A stretch of DNA of 64,000 bases from a virus, in IMG/VR virus record IMGVR_UViG_3300010376_000001, positions 1 to 64,000 of that record; one strand, written 5' to 3'. Below the pieces are notes generated by a model. The model had not been told where the DNA came from. It worked only from the letters and a program-made list of their open reading frames with translations, and ran no database searches. Made by a program: the position numbers and the translations under genes. This document shows, piece after piece, positions 46,490 through 55,505 of the stretch (its first letter is position 1; each line of letters opens with the position of its first letter).

Positions 46490-47802
46490 TATCGTGCTTT
46501 CATTTTCGCCTCAATTGCATCAATGAACGACGTCTCATCCGATACGCGCGGTGCGATTGCCTCAGTTCCAGCTCCCGAATTACCGCCGCCGGCCCCCGGC
46601 GTAACTCCCTGGTATCGCTTTAACGCGGTAGTTGCCTCATTATACATGTTCCAGAGTTGTGAAATCGCGACACATGCCCTAGGAAGTAACGCCGCCTGAA
46701 CTAAAACTTTAGCTCTATCGACCGGATCCATTGACGAAAAATCAGTTTTCGCTACTAATTGCTTTGAATCGTTAAGCGAGCTGTTCCAGCCGTCATTACC
46801 CTGAATTGGCCGAGCCAGGTAAAGGGATTCTCCTACACTTTCCCAGGCTTTGTTGAGGGCTTTGCCCCACTCTGACTTAACTGCCGCATTCTTAGCTTCT
46901 GTATCCGCGCTGCGCTTGGCCTCGATGTAATCGAGAGCCTGTTTAACGTCCTTATGCAGCACATCTCGCTTTCGAGCGATCTCGGCCGCCGCATCGGCGA
47001 CCTTGAAAAGGTTGAGCTTGTCCCGGTCATTAAAGGTTTCAGTAACCTGTGCTAAAAGTTCGCTTTGCTTATCCGGGTCTGACTCGGTTATTGCTCGACG
47101 GACATGGTGATCGTTTAAACTGTACTTGCTGCTTAGCCGATTAATCTCACCATTGATTTGTTCTAGTGGCCTGGTAACAGCTGCCTTGTATTCAGGTGTA
47201 GCCTCTAACTTAGATAGGCGTAGCTCCTGATTAAGCGTATCGCGCTCATTGGTCAGCCGATTAAACTCATCGGTTGCCATCGGAGTCTTACCATCAAACT
47301 CCAACAGCTTTTCCTGGGCTGCTTTGAGTTGTGCCTCAGCTTCTTTAAACTTGGTCGTGAGTTCCGCATTCTGATCCCAGAGCGCCTTATTGCTTTTGCG
47401 CATACTGGTAAATGCTTGCTCAACCTGGGGGGTAACCTTACCTGGTAATTTCTCCGGAAATTGTTCCGGTGCAGGTATTTCTGGCTGTTTTTCTTTACCG
47501 TCCGGTATTGCTGGCAGCTTGGTTGCTATCTCCTGACCAAAAGCAAGCTTGGAAAAATCCGGAAGAAGCGCATCTTTAACTGGTTCAGCCTGTTTTTGAT
47601 CCGATTTTAGCTCTGTCTTATCCGATTTTGGCTCAGAACTGACAGCCGCCGGGGTGCCACCTTCCACAGTTTCAGACTTCGGCCCCTCAATGGCCGGCAT
47701 TCGAGGGTTCTCTTTAAGCGCGGCGCCGATTGAATCGGACATAAAGTCCTCAAATCGTTGCGGTTCAGGCGCTTTTACTGGAGGTTCAGCTGTTTCACTC
47801 AT
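46489..47802 (-). CDS. scaffolding-like coiled-coil protein
   Basis: 437 aa, acidic/Lys-rich, with long helical heptad-like stretches. It lies downstream of the portal and a small ORF. The call is by position and composition. Confidence 0.45.
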   Translation of the reverse strand: MSETAEPPVKAPEPQRFEDFMSDSIGAALKENPRMPAIEGPKSETVEGGTPAAVSSEPKSDKTELKSDQKQAEPVKDALLPDFSKLAFGQEIATKLPAIPDGKEKQPEIPAPEQFPEKLPGKVTPQVEQAFTSMRKSNKALWDQNAELTTKFKEAEAQLKAAQEKLLEFDGKTPMATDEFNRLTNERDTLNQELRLSKLEATPEYKAAVTRPLEQINGEINRLSSKYSLNDHHVRRAITESDPDKQSELLAQVTETFNDRDKLNLFKVADAAAEIARKRDVLHKDVKQALDYIEAKRSADTEAKNAAVKSEWGKALNKAWESVGESLYLARPIQGNDGWNSSLNDSKQLVAKTDFSSMDPVDRAKVLVQAALLPRACVAISQLWNMYNEATTALKRYQGVTPGAGGGNSGAGTEAIAPRVSDETSFIDAIEAKMKAR

Positions 47803-48098
47803 TGCTTTTGTGGTCCAGGTGGCAGTTTTATCTCTTCTTCATCCCGTTCCCACGGTTTTTTAAGGGCTTTTGGAGGCTCAGGTACAGGTTGAGCAAGCCC
47901 ACGAAAACTGCGAATGGCACTAAAAACTCCTTCCCTGAACTGATTCTGTAGGGCATTAACCTCACTGGATGTTGGCGGAGTGCGAACACTGGAAGCTTCC
48001 TCCATAACTACCGAACAAGCTTGCTGAAAAATCTCCTGAGCAACCATTTGGCGCCAGGGGCCATCCAGATTTCGTGCGTACCATTCACGATAAGTCAC
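47799..48098 (-). CDS. hypothetical protein
   Basis: GTGA overlap with the portal stop. 99 aa. Confidence 0.5.
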   Translation of the reverse strand: MTYREWYARNLDGPWRQMVAQEIFQQACSVVMEEASSVRTPPTSSEVNALQNQFREGVFSAIRSFRGLAQPVPEPPKALKKPWERDEEEIKLPPGPQKQ

Positions 48099-50626
48099 AC
48101 CTCGCCGCCTTCAGCTACCCCTTCGGTTCCTGCTGCTCCCATATTTCCCCGGGATGCTTGCATTCCCATAAGTTGCGCTTCACGCGCGATTCGGCGAGCC
48201 ATGCGCGCATCCTCAAAAGCAATCTTCTGGCGTCCTTGATCGGCATTAATCTGGTTTTTAAGATCAGCTTCATCTTTCATGATTTGCATCTTGATCTGAT
48301 GCGCCTGTAAATCCGAAATCAGTTTTGGATCCAATGGAGGTTGTCCTTGTGCTGCTGCTTGATGTTGTGCGTACTGTGTAGCGGTTGTTTGTGCTGCCTG
48401 GGCAACACCTGGTTGCCCCATAAGTACCGGTGCGCCACCAGCTACTCTGGCAACACTGCCGTTCCGGCCGCCGCCGGCACCGGTTACCGGTCCACCACCA
48501 GCTACCTGTCCACCAGGCAATTGACCTTGTTGCGCGCGCTGCGCGAGCAGCGCCTGAGCTTGGGCCGCTTGTTCACCTTCCTTGGCAATTGCTTGCTGTG
48601 CTTCAGCAATATTGTGATCAAGCTGGGTCAGAAATCCTTCAACCAGGTTTAGTCCCTTATTTATCATCCGCACTTCCTGAAAACGAGTAGGATCGGCGGA
48701 TAGTTGCTGCACATGCCCAACAATATGATTAAGCAGCCCATGCAAAATGGGACTTCCCCGCATAGCTGGAATTTGACCCTGCTTAATTCCAGCAATCACA
48801 GCATGGATTGCCATCAAATGAACCATGATATGGGTCTTTGGTATATCGTCCGGATCAACCGGTACCGGCTGCCCCAGCATTATTACTGCATTCTCCAGTT
48901 CTGCGTCTTTCTTATCGCGTGGCTGACGCCCACCCTGGGAAATTGAAGGTACGTACCGATCTGCCTGGGCATACCCGACATAAGCAGCTACCCGATCCCG
49001 AATCGCGTTACGCCGGCCAATCTCATCAAACTGAGGTGCCAATTGTGCTACCTGGTCTAAAGCCAAAAGGCGTGCTGAAGCACTTCCATAACCTACAGCC
49101 CGAACGGCACGTACCCGCTTGATATGCTCTAAGGCTTTACTAGGTACCTGACGTTTCAAGCAACGTTGTCTAAACTCAAACGCTTCCCGACCACCAGGAT
49201 CCAATTGAGTCAGAGATGGACTAACTGCTCGCCGAAAACATTCTGTCAGTACCCTATCCCAAGGAATATAGAAAAGGTTCATCGCGCTTGTCGAAAGCGT
49301 TGACTCCTTTTGCAATTCCGCCTGTACCTCAAACTTGGTTTTACGCTCCCTACCCGGCTGTTGCACCTGCTGGCCCGGAACCCTGGGCTGATAGGTGCCC
49401 GTGTTATTCTGGATCTGGGAAGACAAGTCCTGGACGATTGGCAGGATATTCTGGGAGATATTTTCACGCTTATAATCGACAAATTTAATGTTTGGCGGCA
49501 CCAGCGTGAAAGGACCCATGTAGCTAAATGAGAGTTCGTCGAGCGCCACCGAGTCCTCCGGTTGAATAACAGCCCCGGCACTAAAGAAGGTAGCGTCGAT
49601 GACAGCACACCGAAGCTGATTAGAGACTTGTATCTGGGGGAAGATCTTGTAACCAAGTCCGCGTATCGAATGGTAATAACCGTTGCCAATCCCATAAGTA
49701 AATACATGGAGACAATTTCGAACTGACTTGAATCTGCCGATGTTTCTATATAGAAAGTCTTGGTTTAAACCGTTCTCCAGGGTGAGAAAATGGCTGATAG
49801 TGCCATCAAATTCTTTAACCCAGAAATGCAGCACCCAGATCTCTTTTGCCCGGACCCGGCCGAAGTAGACGTCATTCTGTTTAAGCTCACGTTCCAGTTC
49901 CTCCCATTCCCAACTGGTAGGTGCAGAATTACGCGAAGAAGTAGCCCAGTAGATCGCCTTTTTGGTTTCCTCAATATTCCAACCATTCTCCTTGGCAAAA
50001 TCCGGATCCTTGATGAACTGATAGAGCTGCGTGGTCGTGTACCGGCGCCGGGCGATAGCGTAATCAATATCTTCCTCATTCGCTGGCGTATTACGCGGCA
50101 GAATGAAATCAGCGAGGCCACAGGTTTTCCAGCGCCAGTCATGATCGTCCTCGAAATAGACGACGCCCAGGCCGTGCACAACAAACTCACGCGCGAGTGC
50201 CTGGTTATTGAATTCAAAGCGGTGCCAGCCGCGCAGGAGTCGGTCGAACTCCTCACTGATTATCTGGTTCCATTCACTCCTGGTCTGAGCATCCCCTTCT
50301 GCAGTCTCGACATGCGCGATATAATCAACACTGGAGGTCAAATCATTATAGGGCTGGAGTGCGGCCTCAATAATGGCAGCGCCTTCCAAAAGATTCAGGT
50401 TGGTGCGCTGCGCCTGACCCAGATTATCCAGTTCAGATTGATCGTAGGGGGGAAAACCATCCAACATTTCCTGAACCCTGGCTCGATTATAGGCATTCTC
50501 CCGGTCAGCTTGCCAGGCGGCAGTCCAGAGCGCCCAGGCAGCAAAAACATCAGTTAAACGTGAACCCTTGGGAATTTTCCCTTGGTAATCAATATTAGCT
50601 AACTGGTCTTCAGTAAGCTGATTCAT
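48095..50626 (-). CDS. portal protein
   Basis: 843 aa, two genes after the large terminase. The conserved-looking core is followed by a long Gln/Ala/Gly-rich C-terminal extension reminiscent of P22-type portal barrels. Confidence 0.7.
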   Translation of the reverse strand: MNQLTEDQLANIDYQGKIPKGSRLTDVFAAWALWTAAWQADRENAYNRARVQEMLDGFPPYDQSELDNLGQAQRTNLNLLEGAAIIEAALQPYNDLTSSVDYIAHVETAEGDAQTRSEWNQIISEEFDRLLRGWHRFEFNNQALAREFVVHGLGVVYFEDDHDWRWKTCGLADFILPRNTPANEEDIDYAIARRRYTTTQLYQFIKDPDFAKENGWNIEETKKAIYWATSSRNSAPTSWEWEELERELKQNDVYFGRVRAKEIWVLHFWVKEFDGTISHFLTLENGLNQDFLYRNIGRFKSVRNCLHVFTYGIGNGYYHSIRGLGYKIFPQIQVSNQLRCAVIDATFFSAGAVIQPEDSVALDELSFSYMGPFTLVPPNIKFVDYKRENISQNILPIVQDLSSQIQNNTGTYQPRVPGQQVQQPGRERKTKFEVQAELQKESTLSTSAMNLFYIPWDRVLTECFRRAVSPSLTQLDPGGREAFEFRQRCLKRQVPSKALEHIKRVRAVRAVGYGSASARLLALDQVAQLAPQFDEIGRRNAIRDRVAAYVGYAQADRYVPSISQGGRQPRDKKDAELENAVIMLGQPVPVDPDDIPKTHIMVHLMAIHAVIAGIKQGQIPAMRGSPILHGLLNHIVGHVQQLSADPTRFQEVRMINKGLNLVEGFLTQLDHNIAEAQQAIAKEGEQAAQAQALLAQRAQQGQLPGGQVAGGGPVTGAGGGRNGSVARVAGGAPVLMGQPGVAQAAQTTATQYAQHQAAAQGQPPLDPKLISDLQAHQIKMQIMKDEADLKNQINADQGRQKIAFEDARMARRIAREAQLMGMQASRGNMGAAGTEGVAEGGEV

Positions 50627-51420
50627 GTAGTTACCGGCTCCTCTTCAACTGCATCTTCTTTCCTAGCCGAGAAAAAGCCGCGCATGATCTGCATAATCGT
50701 TCCGTCTTTACAGCCGTGATGCAGTACTGCATCAGGTCGTAACCTGGGCTGCGCAATATGGGTTGGTAATATCCCAGGCGCCCTGTCACCTACAATTTCA
50801 CCTGACTTCTTATCTCGCCTGTAGTTATACGAACGCCAGTCCAACTGTATTAAGTTGGTATTAGAAGCGTACTTAACAATATCCCACTGCCAATAAACAT
50901 CCCAAGGCAAATGGGTATCTTTGATTGTCGAAAAAAGCTTACTGTAAAGCGGCGCGTTCTTAGGATAGATGCCAGACCCATTCATGTGAGTTCCATCTTG
51001 AAAGAAAGTACCGTCTTTCCTTTTCCAATAAGTAGCGTGTACTACGCCCATGAATGGCCGCGCCGCTCTGGTGTATTCCTCTTGCAAGGTATTCAGCCAG
51101 CCGGGCTTGATTGGCGTGTTGTCCGGCTCGAACATGTACCAGCAGGTACAATCCACATTACGCCATATATGGTCGGCAATGATCTGGAACATTCGGTTAG
51201 ATCCCTGGGGCCAGCCGTCAGAACAATTAGGAGTTAAGGTAGAAACCTTGCTGAACTGATCACCAATCAGTTTTTCCAGTTCTTCGATGTTTTCCTTAAT
51301 CTCCGGGCGACAAACCAGCATAAGCTCGTGCTGTTTATAGGGACCGAGATGCTGGAGGTACTTGGCTAAGGAAAGCGCCAGTTTAAGATCAAGCCGACAG
51401 AAAGGCAGGACGATTAGCAT
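50623..51420 (-). CDS. enzyme-like protein, possibly a GT-A-type glycosyltransferase (tentative)
   Basis: 265 aa, Trp/Cys/His-rich globular sequence. ..WYMFEPDNTPIKPGWL.. looks like a beta-strand plus an acidic ExD/DxD metal site. ..DGWPQGSNRMF.. No confirmed family. Confidence 0.3.
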   Translation of the reverse strand: MLIVLPFCRLDLKLALSLAKYLQHLGPYKQHELMLVCRPEIKENIEELEKLIGDQFSKVSTLTPNCSDGWPQGSNRMFQIIADHIWRNVDCTCWYMFEPDNTPIKPGWLNTLQEEYTRAARPFMGVVHATYWKRKDGTFFQDGTHMNGSGIYPKNAPLYSKLFSTIKDTHLPWDVYWQWDIVKYASNTNLIQLDWRSYNYRRDKKSGEIVGDRAPGILPTHIAQPRLRPDAVLHHGCKDGTIMQIMRGFFSARKEDAVEEEPVTT

Positions 51421-51437
51421 CGGTAAGCTCCTTATTA

Positions 51438-53252
51438 TCAGCGAAATCGACCGGAAGCAAGGTCATTACCATATCTGAGTCGTGGCGCTGTAATCCGGGC
51501 AAAACGTTGAATTTTTTGATTAATTATCATTTGTGGGGGTGCAGTGCCATCAGATCTGGACTCAATTTTACGAAGCCCTTTCTCTCCACCTGGAATCGCA
51601 CCCAGCCTGGTTCGACACAGGTCCACCACAATCATAGCTGAATCGGCAATATCCGGACTTTTCTGCGCCCGTTGCTTCATGTCTTCTTTAGGCTCAACTT
51701 GAATTCGAAGCCCGGTGGAATGCTTGTGTGTAGTGTATCGGCGAGCGCACAGTTCTCGGGCGAACTCCGGGATAACGCCTTTAAGCTGGTAATTACGAAG
51801 GAATTCGTGAGCAACTCCCCAAAGTTCACTGACTCGGTTTTCATACCGGTCCTGCCCCGTCTCGGAACCAAACATCGATATCGGCTGCTCACTGGGTTTG
51901 CCGCTGAAAGACACAGCCAGGACATCCGGGTGCCACAGCTTGCGCACGATATCGACAAAGACGTGCCCTCCGGCCGTTGTATCAACCGCTGCATGAATCG
52001 GTAAGACCCCTTTGCGTTCACTGTTCTCCTTAAACTTGCGCGCAATCTGGAAATTACGCGGCTCTTCTTTATTGGTAACATCTTCTTCCAGAATGATTAG
52101 CTCACTGAAATAAATCACCATCCGCCCATCCCGATCCCGGCCATAGTAAGCAATCCACATGGCACTCCGATCTCCACCATTAGTAAATCCTGGATCAAGC
52201 CCAGAAAGAATAGTTGGATTCTCCGTGCTCCAGATGGGAGGTTCAGCAGCCTTAAACTTGATCAGATCACTCTCGGCAAAAATTGCGCTCTCTTCTCCAA
52301 CTGGACTCCAGAAGCCCCTGAACATGCGCCAGAATTGGAGTGAATTCTGATCCATGTTAGTTTGCGCTTCACGAATCTGCTTCACTCCAACAATGGGCCA
52401 GATATCCTCTTGCGCTAACCAGTTAGGCGATTTTAAAGCATCAAAATGAAGACAGTAGCCCCGTTTCGTTCGCCACTCCTCGTCCTCGACGGTGATGGAT
52501 CCCCATCCTTCCTCTGGTTCGGAAAGAAGCCCATGCGGGTCATAGAGCGAGTTTGGATTCCCGCTAGCGATAAGCTGGAAGAACGGATTGAGCGCGAGGT
52601 TGGATTCAGCGGCAGTAACAAGGGCTTCGGACAATTCTGGAAGCTCGTCAGCCAGCAGAAAAACCCGCTTATTCTTCATTCCGATAAGTTTGGCGATAGC
52701 CTCACGCTCTTTCTTTTTCTCGCCTGCCAGCAGGGAAATCCCGCATCGATCCGAAGAGTAGACTTTACCGTTGTATTCAAACCGGATAATCCCAGCGGAA
52801 TCAACAAGTTTACCTGGAAGTCCGGGTACGGAGCGCCAATAATCGCAAACCGCACCCCAGATCCGGCGCCGGCTGTCCTTGAGGGAAGTGGAAGTAACCA
52901 GCACTAGGGTATCCTGAGGCGCACAAATGAAGTTGATTATCCCCCAGACCGCACAGAAATCCGTCTTTCCACTAGACCCGCAACCAGCCAGGCTGATGTA
53001 CTTGTGCTCACAGGCGACCTCAGCCATCCGGATGGCCCAAGGGTGCCACTGGAATGGACGCTTGGACTCCTTACCCCAGAAATGGCGGACTACATTAATG
53101 AAATGCTTGTACTTACCCAGGCCCCCTGACTCCTCACTGAACCCGTCCCGGAAAGCACACAGCTCAATCTCCAGGTGCCCGAACCCAGGCTTAAACTTTC
53201 TATTGTACTTGATAATCCGTCCATCCTCGGTAAGCTGCACAGGTTCAGGCAT
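51438..53252 (-). CDS. terL: terminase large subunit
   Basis: Walker A GCGSSGKT and Walker B ..VFLLADELPE.. The C-terminal RNase H-like nuclease has acidic motifs (..SGLDPGF..GGDRSAM.., ..HAAVDTTAGG.., ..DIADSAMIV..). Confidence 0.85.
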   Translation of the reverse strand: MPEPVQLTEDGRIIKYNRKFKPGFGHLEIELCAFRDGFSEESGGLGKYKHFINVVRHFWGKESKRPFQWHPWAIRMAEVACEHKYISLAGCGSSGKTDFCAVWGIINFICAPQDTLVLVTSTSLKDSRRRIWGAVCDYWRSVPGLPGKLVDSAGIIRFEYNGKVYSSDRCGISLLAGEKKKEREAIAKLIGMKNKRVFLLADELPELSEALVTAAESNLALNPFFQLIASGNPNSLYDPHGLLSEPEEGWGSITVEDEEWRTKRGYCLHFDALKSPNWLAQEDIWPIVGVKQIREAQTNMDQNSLQFWRMFRGFWSPVGEESAIFAESDLIKFKAAEPPIWSTENPTILSGLDPGFTNGGDRSAMWIAYYGRDRDGRMVIYFSELIILEEDVTNKEEPRNFQIARKFKENSERKGVLPIHAAVDTTAGGHVFVDIVRKLWHPDVLAVSFSGKPSEQPISMFGSETGQDRYENRVSELWGVAHEFLRNYQLKGVIPEFARELCARRYTTHKHSTGLRIQVEPKEDMKQRAQKSPDIADSAMIVVDLCRTRLGAIPGGEKGLRKIESRSDGTAPPQMIINQKIQRFARITAPRLRYGNDLASGRFR

Positions 53253-53298
53253 ATACAGGTAAGTCCTTGGTTGTAAGGTAATTATTTCACTTTTTCAC

Positions 53299-53327
53299 TT
53301 GACAACGGCCCTGGGCCGTGCTATATT
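53299..53327 (+). promoter_or_regulatory. sigma70-type promoter for the plus-strand arm
   Basis: TTGACA (53299-53304), a 17-nt spacer, then TATATT (53322-53327), 25 nt upstream of the ATG at 53352. Tandem TTTCACT repeats at 53285-53291 and 53293-53299 abut the -35 element. Confidence 0.7.
53305..53319. promoter_or_regulatory. 15-bp palindrome (candidate operator) inside the promoter spacer
   Basis: ACGGCCC-T-GGGCCGT is a perfect 7-1-7 inverted repeat occupying the -35/-10 spacer. Confidence 0.6.
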
Positions 53328-53351
53328 AACTTTCTATCAGACACGAACTTT

Positions 53352-53708
53352 ATGGTACGCCTGACTCTTCCCCACGGAGATTATTCCATCAGATCAGCCG
53401 GAAACCAGATCGAAATTACCAGCCTCGACCGGGAACTAACCCGGGAAGAGGTAGCTGAGCGGCTAGGTAGGACCGAGCGGTCAATCGATCTGTATCGTAC
53501 CCTAAATGGGCCAGCGCGGCTCAAAAGCACTCGACGGGGCGGTCGTATTACGATCCTGGAGAGTGAGCTTGCCCGTTGGCTCACCTATATGGAGGCCAAC
53601 CCTGATGAATACCCAGATGGCGGTAGACCCCGGAAAGAACGGCGGAATCGCCTGGCGCTCAATGGACGGCGAGCCAAGGGCCGCACGCTGGCCAAAATTG
53701 CCGCGTGA
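53352..53708 (+). CDS. helix-turn-helix DNA-binding protein (MerR/excisionase-like), first gene of the plus arm
   Basis: ..LTREEVAERLGRTERSIDLYRTL.. followed by ..ITILESELARWL.. and an Arg-rich tail. Confidence 0.5.
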   Translation: MVRLTLPHGDYSIRSAGNQIEITSLDRELTREEVAERLGRTERSIDLYRTLNGPARLKSTRRGGRITILESELARWLTYMEANPDEYPDGGRPRKERRNRLALNGRRAKGRTLAKIAA

Positions 53709-54054
53709 TGCAGTTAAACTAATCACTGAGATTGATCCAACTGACACTGTAATAGAAAAAGTCGGTGGCTACATCGGCGATGAAGAGAAAGCAAAAGGAT
53801 GGATGATGTTCCAGTTCGGATACATGGCGGGAGGTCCTTATTGGATTCTCCTAACACTTGGCAAACGGGTACGGTTCGTGACCCCACAGAAGTGGCAGCG
53901 CGCCTTGTCGGTGGGGACTCGGGAGACTTACCGGCAAGGGTGGAAAAATCATCTGAAGTCGATTGCGTCGGATCTTTACCCTTCGATTACAGTCTCATTA
54001 GCGACAGCGGATGCGCTCCTGATGCTGGAAGCAATGAACCGGCGCCTGATCTGA
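53605..54054 (+). CDS. RuvC-like Holliday junction resolvase
   Basis: GGAGG 9 nt upstream of the ATG at 53605. N-terminal ..MAVDPGKNGGIAW.. (RNase H-fold first Asp) and C-terminal ..SLATADALLMLEA.. (terminal Asp motif). It overlaps the upstream ORF in another frame. Confidence 0.6.
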   Translation: MNTQMAVDPGKNGGIAWRSMDGEPRAARWPKLPRDAVKLITEIDPTDTVIEKVGGYIGDEEKAKGWMMFQFGYMAGGPYWILLTLGKRVRFVTPQKWQRALSVGTRETYRQGWKNHLKSIASDLYPSITVSLATADALLMLEAMNRRLI

Positions 54055-54170
54055 CCGTTTTTATTCCAAATCCGGCTTCACCAGCGCATTCTCTGGATGA
54101 CCAAGCGCCAATACCAGGAGTGGCTGAAGAACCAATTTCAATCCCGCATGAGCAAGAAATCAGACAAGAA

Positions 54171-54392
54171 ATGCAAACAACAACCACACCCAAAATCAGC
54201 CTGGTTAAACATAACCAGATTAAAGCACTTGCCCTAGAACTCATGGCCGACCGTTTTACCTTTAACGGTCAGCCGAAATTCACCCGCGTCTCCCCATCTT
54301 TCACTGACGCTATTGAGCGTTTTCTTTACGCGGCAATTGTTGCTGCTATTAAGCGGCATCCATCTACCGGAAAAAGCATCAAGGAGTTCTAG
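54171..54392 (+). CDS. small hypothetical protein (73 aa)
   Basis: Internal ATG of track ORF 53799..54392, downstream of the resolvase stop. Its stop abuts the next ATG. Confidence 0.4.
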   Translation: MQTTTTPKISLVKHNQIKALALELMADRFTFNGQPKFTRVSPSFTDAIERFLYAAIVAAIKRHPSTGKSIKEF

Positions 54393-54686
54393 ATGGATCC
54401 TCAGGATGCACCTGAACTGGAGCACGCGCTCTATTCACCTTCCAGCCTGAAGTACTACGCCCTTTGCCCAAGCTGGAAACCAGGTGATAGCGAGAAGGCC
54501 GGTGAAGAAACCGCTGCGCGTGGTACCGCCATGCACAAGGCGTTTGAAACCGGTGATCTTAATTTTTGTGAAACTGACGAAGAAAAAGTCCTAGTTCAAA
54601 AGGCACTAGCTTATGTCGAGTCAATCAAACGGATCCGGCTTGACCAGCTGGATCGAGCACAAAGAGCTGCGCGTCAAAGTACTTGA
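54393..54686 (+). CDS. N-terminal fragment of a Cas4-like PD-(D/E)XK Fe-S nuclease
   Basis: AAGGAG Shine-Dalgarno. ..YSPSSLKYYALCPSW.. carries the first cluster Cys and ..RGTAMHKAFE.. follows. The frame ends at 54686, inside the overlap with the next ORF. Confidence 0.6.
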   Translation: MDPQDAPELEHALYSPSSLKYYALCPSWKPGDSEKAGEETAARGTAMHKAFETGDLNFCETDEEKVLVQKALAYVESIKRIRLDQLDRAQRAARQST

Positions 54687-55503
54687 CCAATGGGGCTGGC
54701 TGGACCGCACATTCCTTTTTCCCTCAGCCCGGCACGCTAGCCTCTTTGATCTGAAAACCGGTCGGTATTCAGTAGATCCACCGGAAACCAATCTGCAGAT
54801 CTGGGGTTATAATGTCGGCCTCTGGGACACCTTCGATTTTGTCGATACAATCGATTCCCATATTATCATCCCGCGCCGGAATGAGGCGCACCACGCCCTG
54901 TTCAGTCGCCAGGAGGATTATGAACGTCAAAAAACTGAGGTGTTCAAAATCATTGAGCGAGCCAAGCTGGAAGCTGGAAAATGGTATAACCCAGGCTGGT
55001 TTCAATGCCGGTTTTGCGGCAACAAAGTAGCCTGTGAAGCCTTGCGCTCCTTTGTCAGCAACATTGTTCCCCGATACAATGAGGATTTCGTTATCCCGGA
55101 TCCAATCCATCCTTCTGAAATCACTGATATTCAGACCCTGGATCGCACCTTTTTACTGGGAAGAGTGATCGAAAAATGGTACGAGTCTCTTCGCTTTCAC
55201 GTTACCCAGCTAGCCCGGGAAGGCTATGAATTCGAGCACTTCAAACTGGTCGAAATTCGCGGCGAGCGACGTATTACACGTCCCCTTCGCCTCTGGGAAA
55301 TCCTACAGGAAAAGGGATGGGATTTGGACAAATTTTTAAGCTGCTGTGAGGTATCGATTACCAAGCTTGACTCGGAAGTGGCTAATACCGCACCGCGTGG
55401 GCAGAAGAATCGGACCAAGGAGCAGTTTAACATGGATCTGCAGGACGAAAATGTTCTGGAGATAGGGCAACCTACATATCAAATGCGAACCAAAGCGTTA
55501 TAA
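54613..55503 (+). CDS. C-terminal part of the Cas4-like PD-(D/E)XK Fe-S nuclease (+1 frame relative to 54393..54686)
   Basis: ..EHKELRV..GWLDRTF..LFDLKTG.. (D ... D-x-K), ..QIWGYNVGL.. (QxxxY) and C-terminal CRFCGNKVAC (CxxCx5C). Confidence 0.65.
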   Translation: MSSQSNGSGLTSWIEHKELRVKVLDQWGWLDRTFLFPSARHASLFDLKTGRYSVDPPETNLQIWGYNVGLWDTFDFVDTIDSHIIIPRRNEAHHALFSRQEDYERQKTEVFKIIERAKLEAGKWYNPGWFQCRFCGNKVACEALRSFVSNIVPRYNEDFVIPDPIHPSEITDIQTLDRTFLLGRVIEKWYESLRFHVTQLAREGYEFEHFKLVEIRGERRITRPLRLWEILQEKGWDLDKFLSCCEVSITKLDSEVANTAPRGQKNRTKEQFNMDLQDENVLEIGQPTYQMRTKAL

Positions 55504-55505
55504 TT

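Noticed and set aside
49790-50557. A 255-codon antisense ORF, and a 163-codon alternative-frame ORF (49765..50256), inside the portal gene.
   Set aside because: The minus-strand portal frame is continuous for 843 codons and is translationally coupled to its neighbours. The antisense product is Ile/Leu/Phe/Arg-rich with no motifs and no Shine-Dalgarno sequence. Long antisense ORFs are common opposite highly expressed genes.
53506-53604. The upstream part of track ORF 53506..54054, and the upstream part of track ORF 53799..54392 (53799..54170).
   Set aside because: Both run through the preceding gene in another frame. The resolvase motif begins right after the ATG at 53605, which has a GGAGG Shine-Dalgarno sequence. 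The small downstream protein most plausibly starts at the ATG at 54171, after the resolvase stop.
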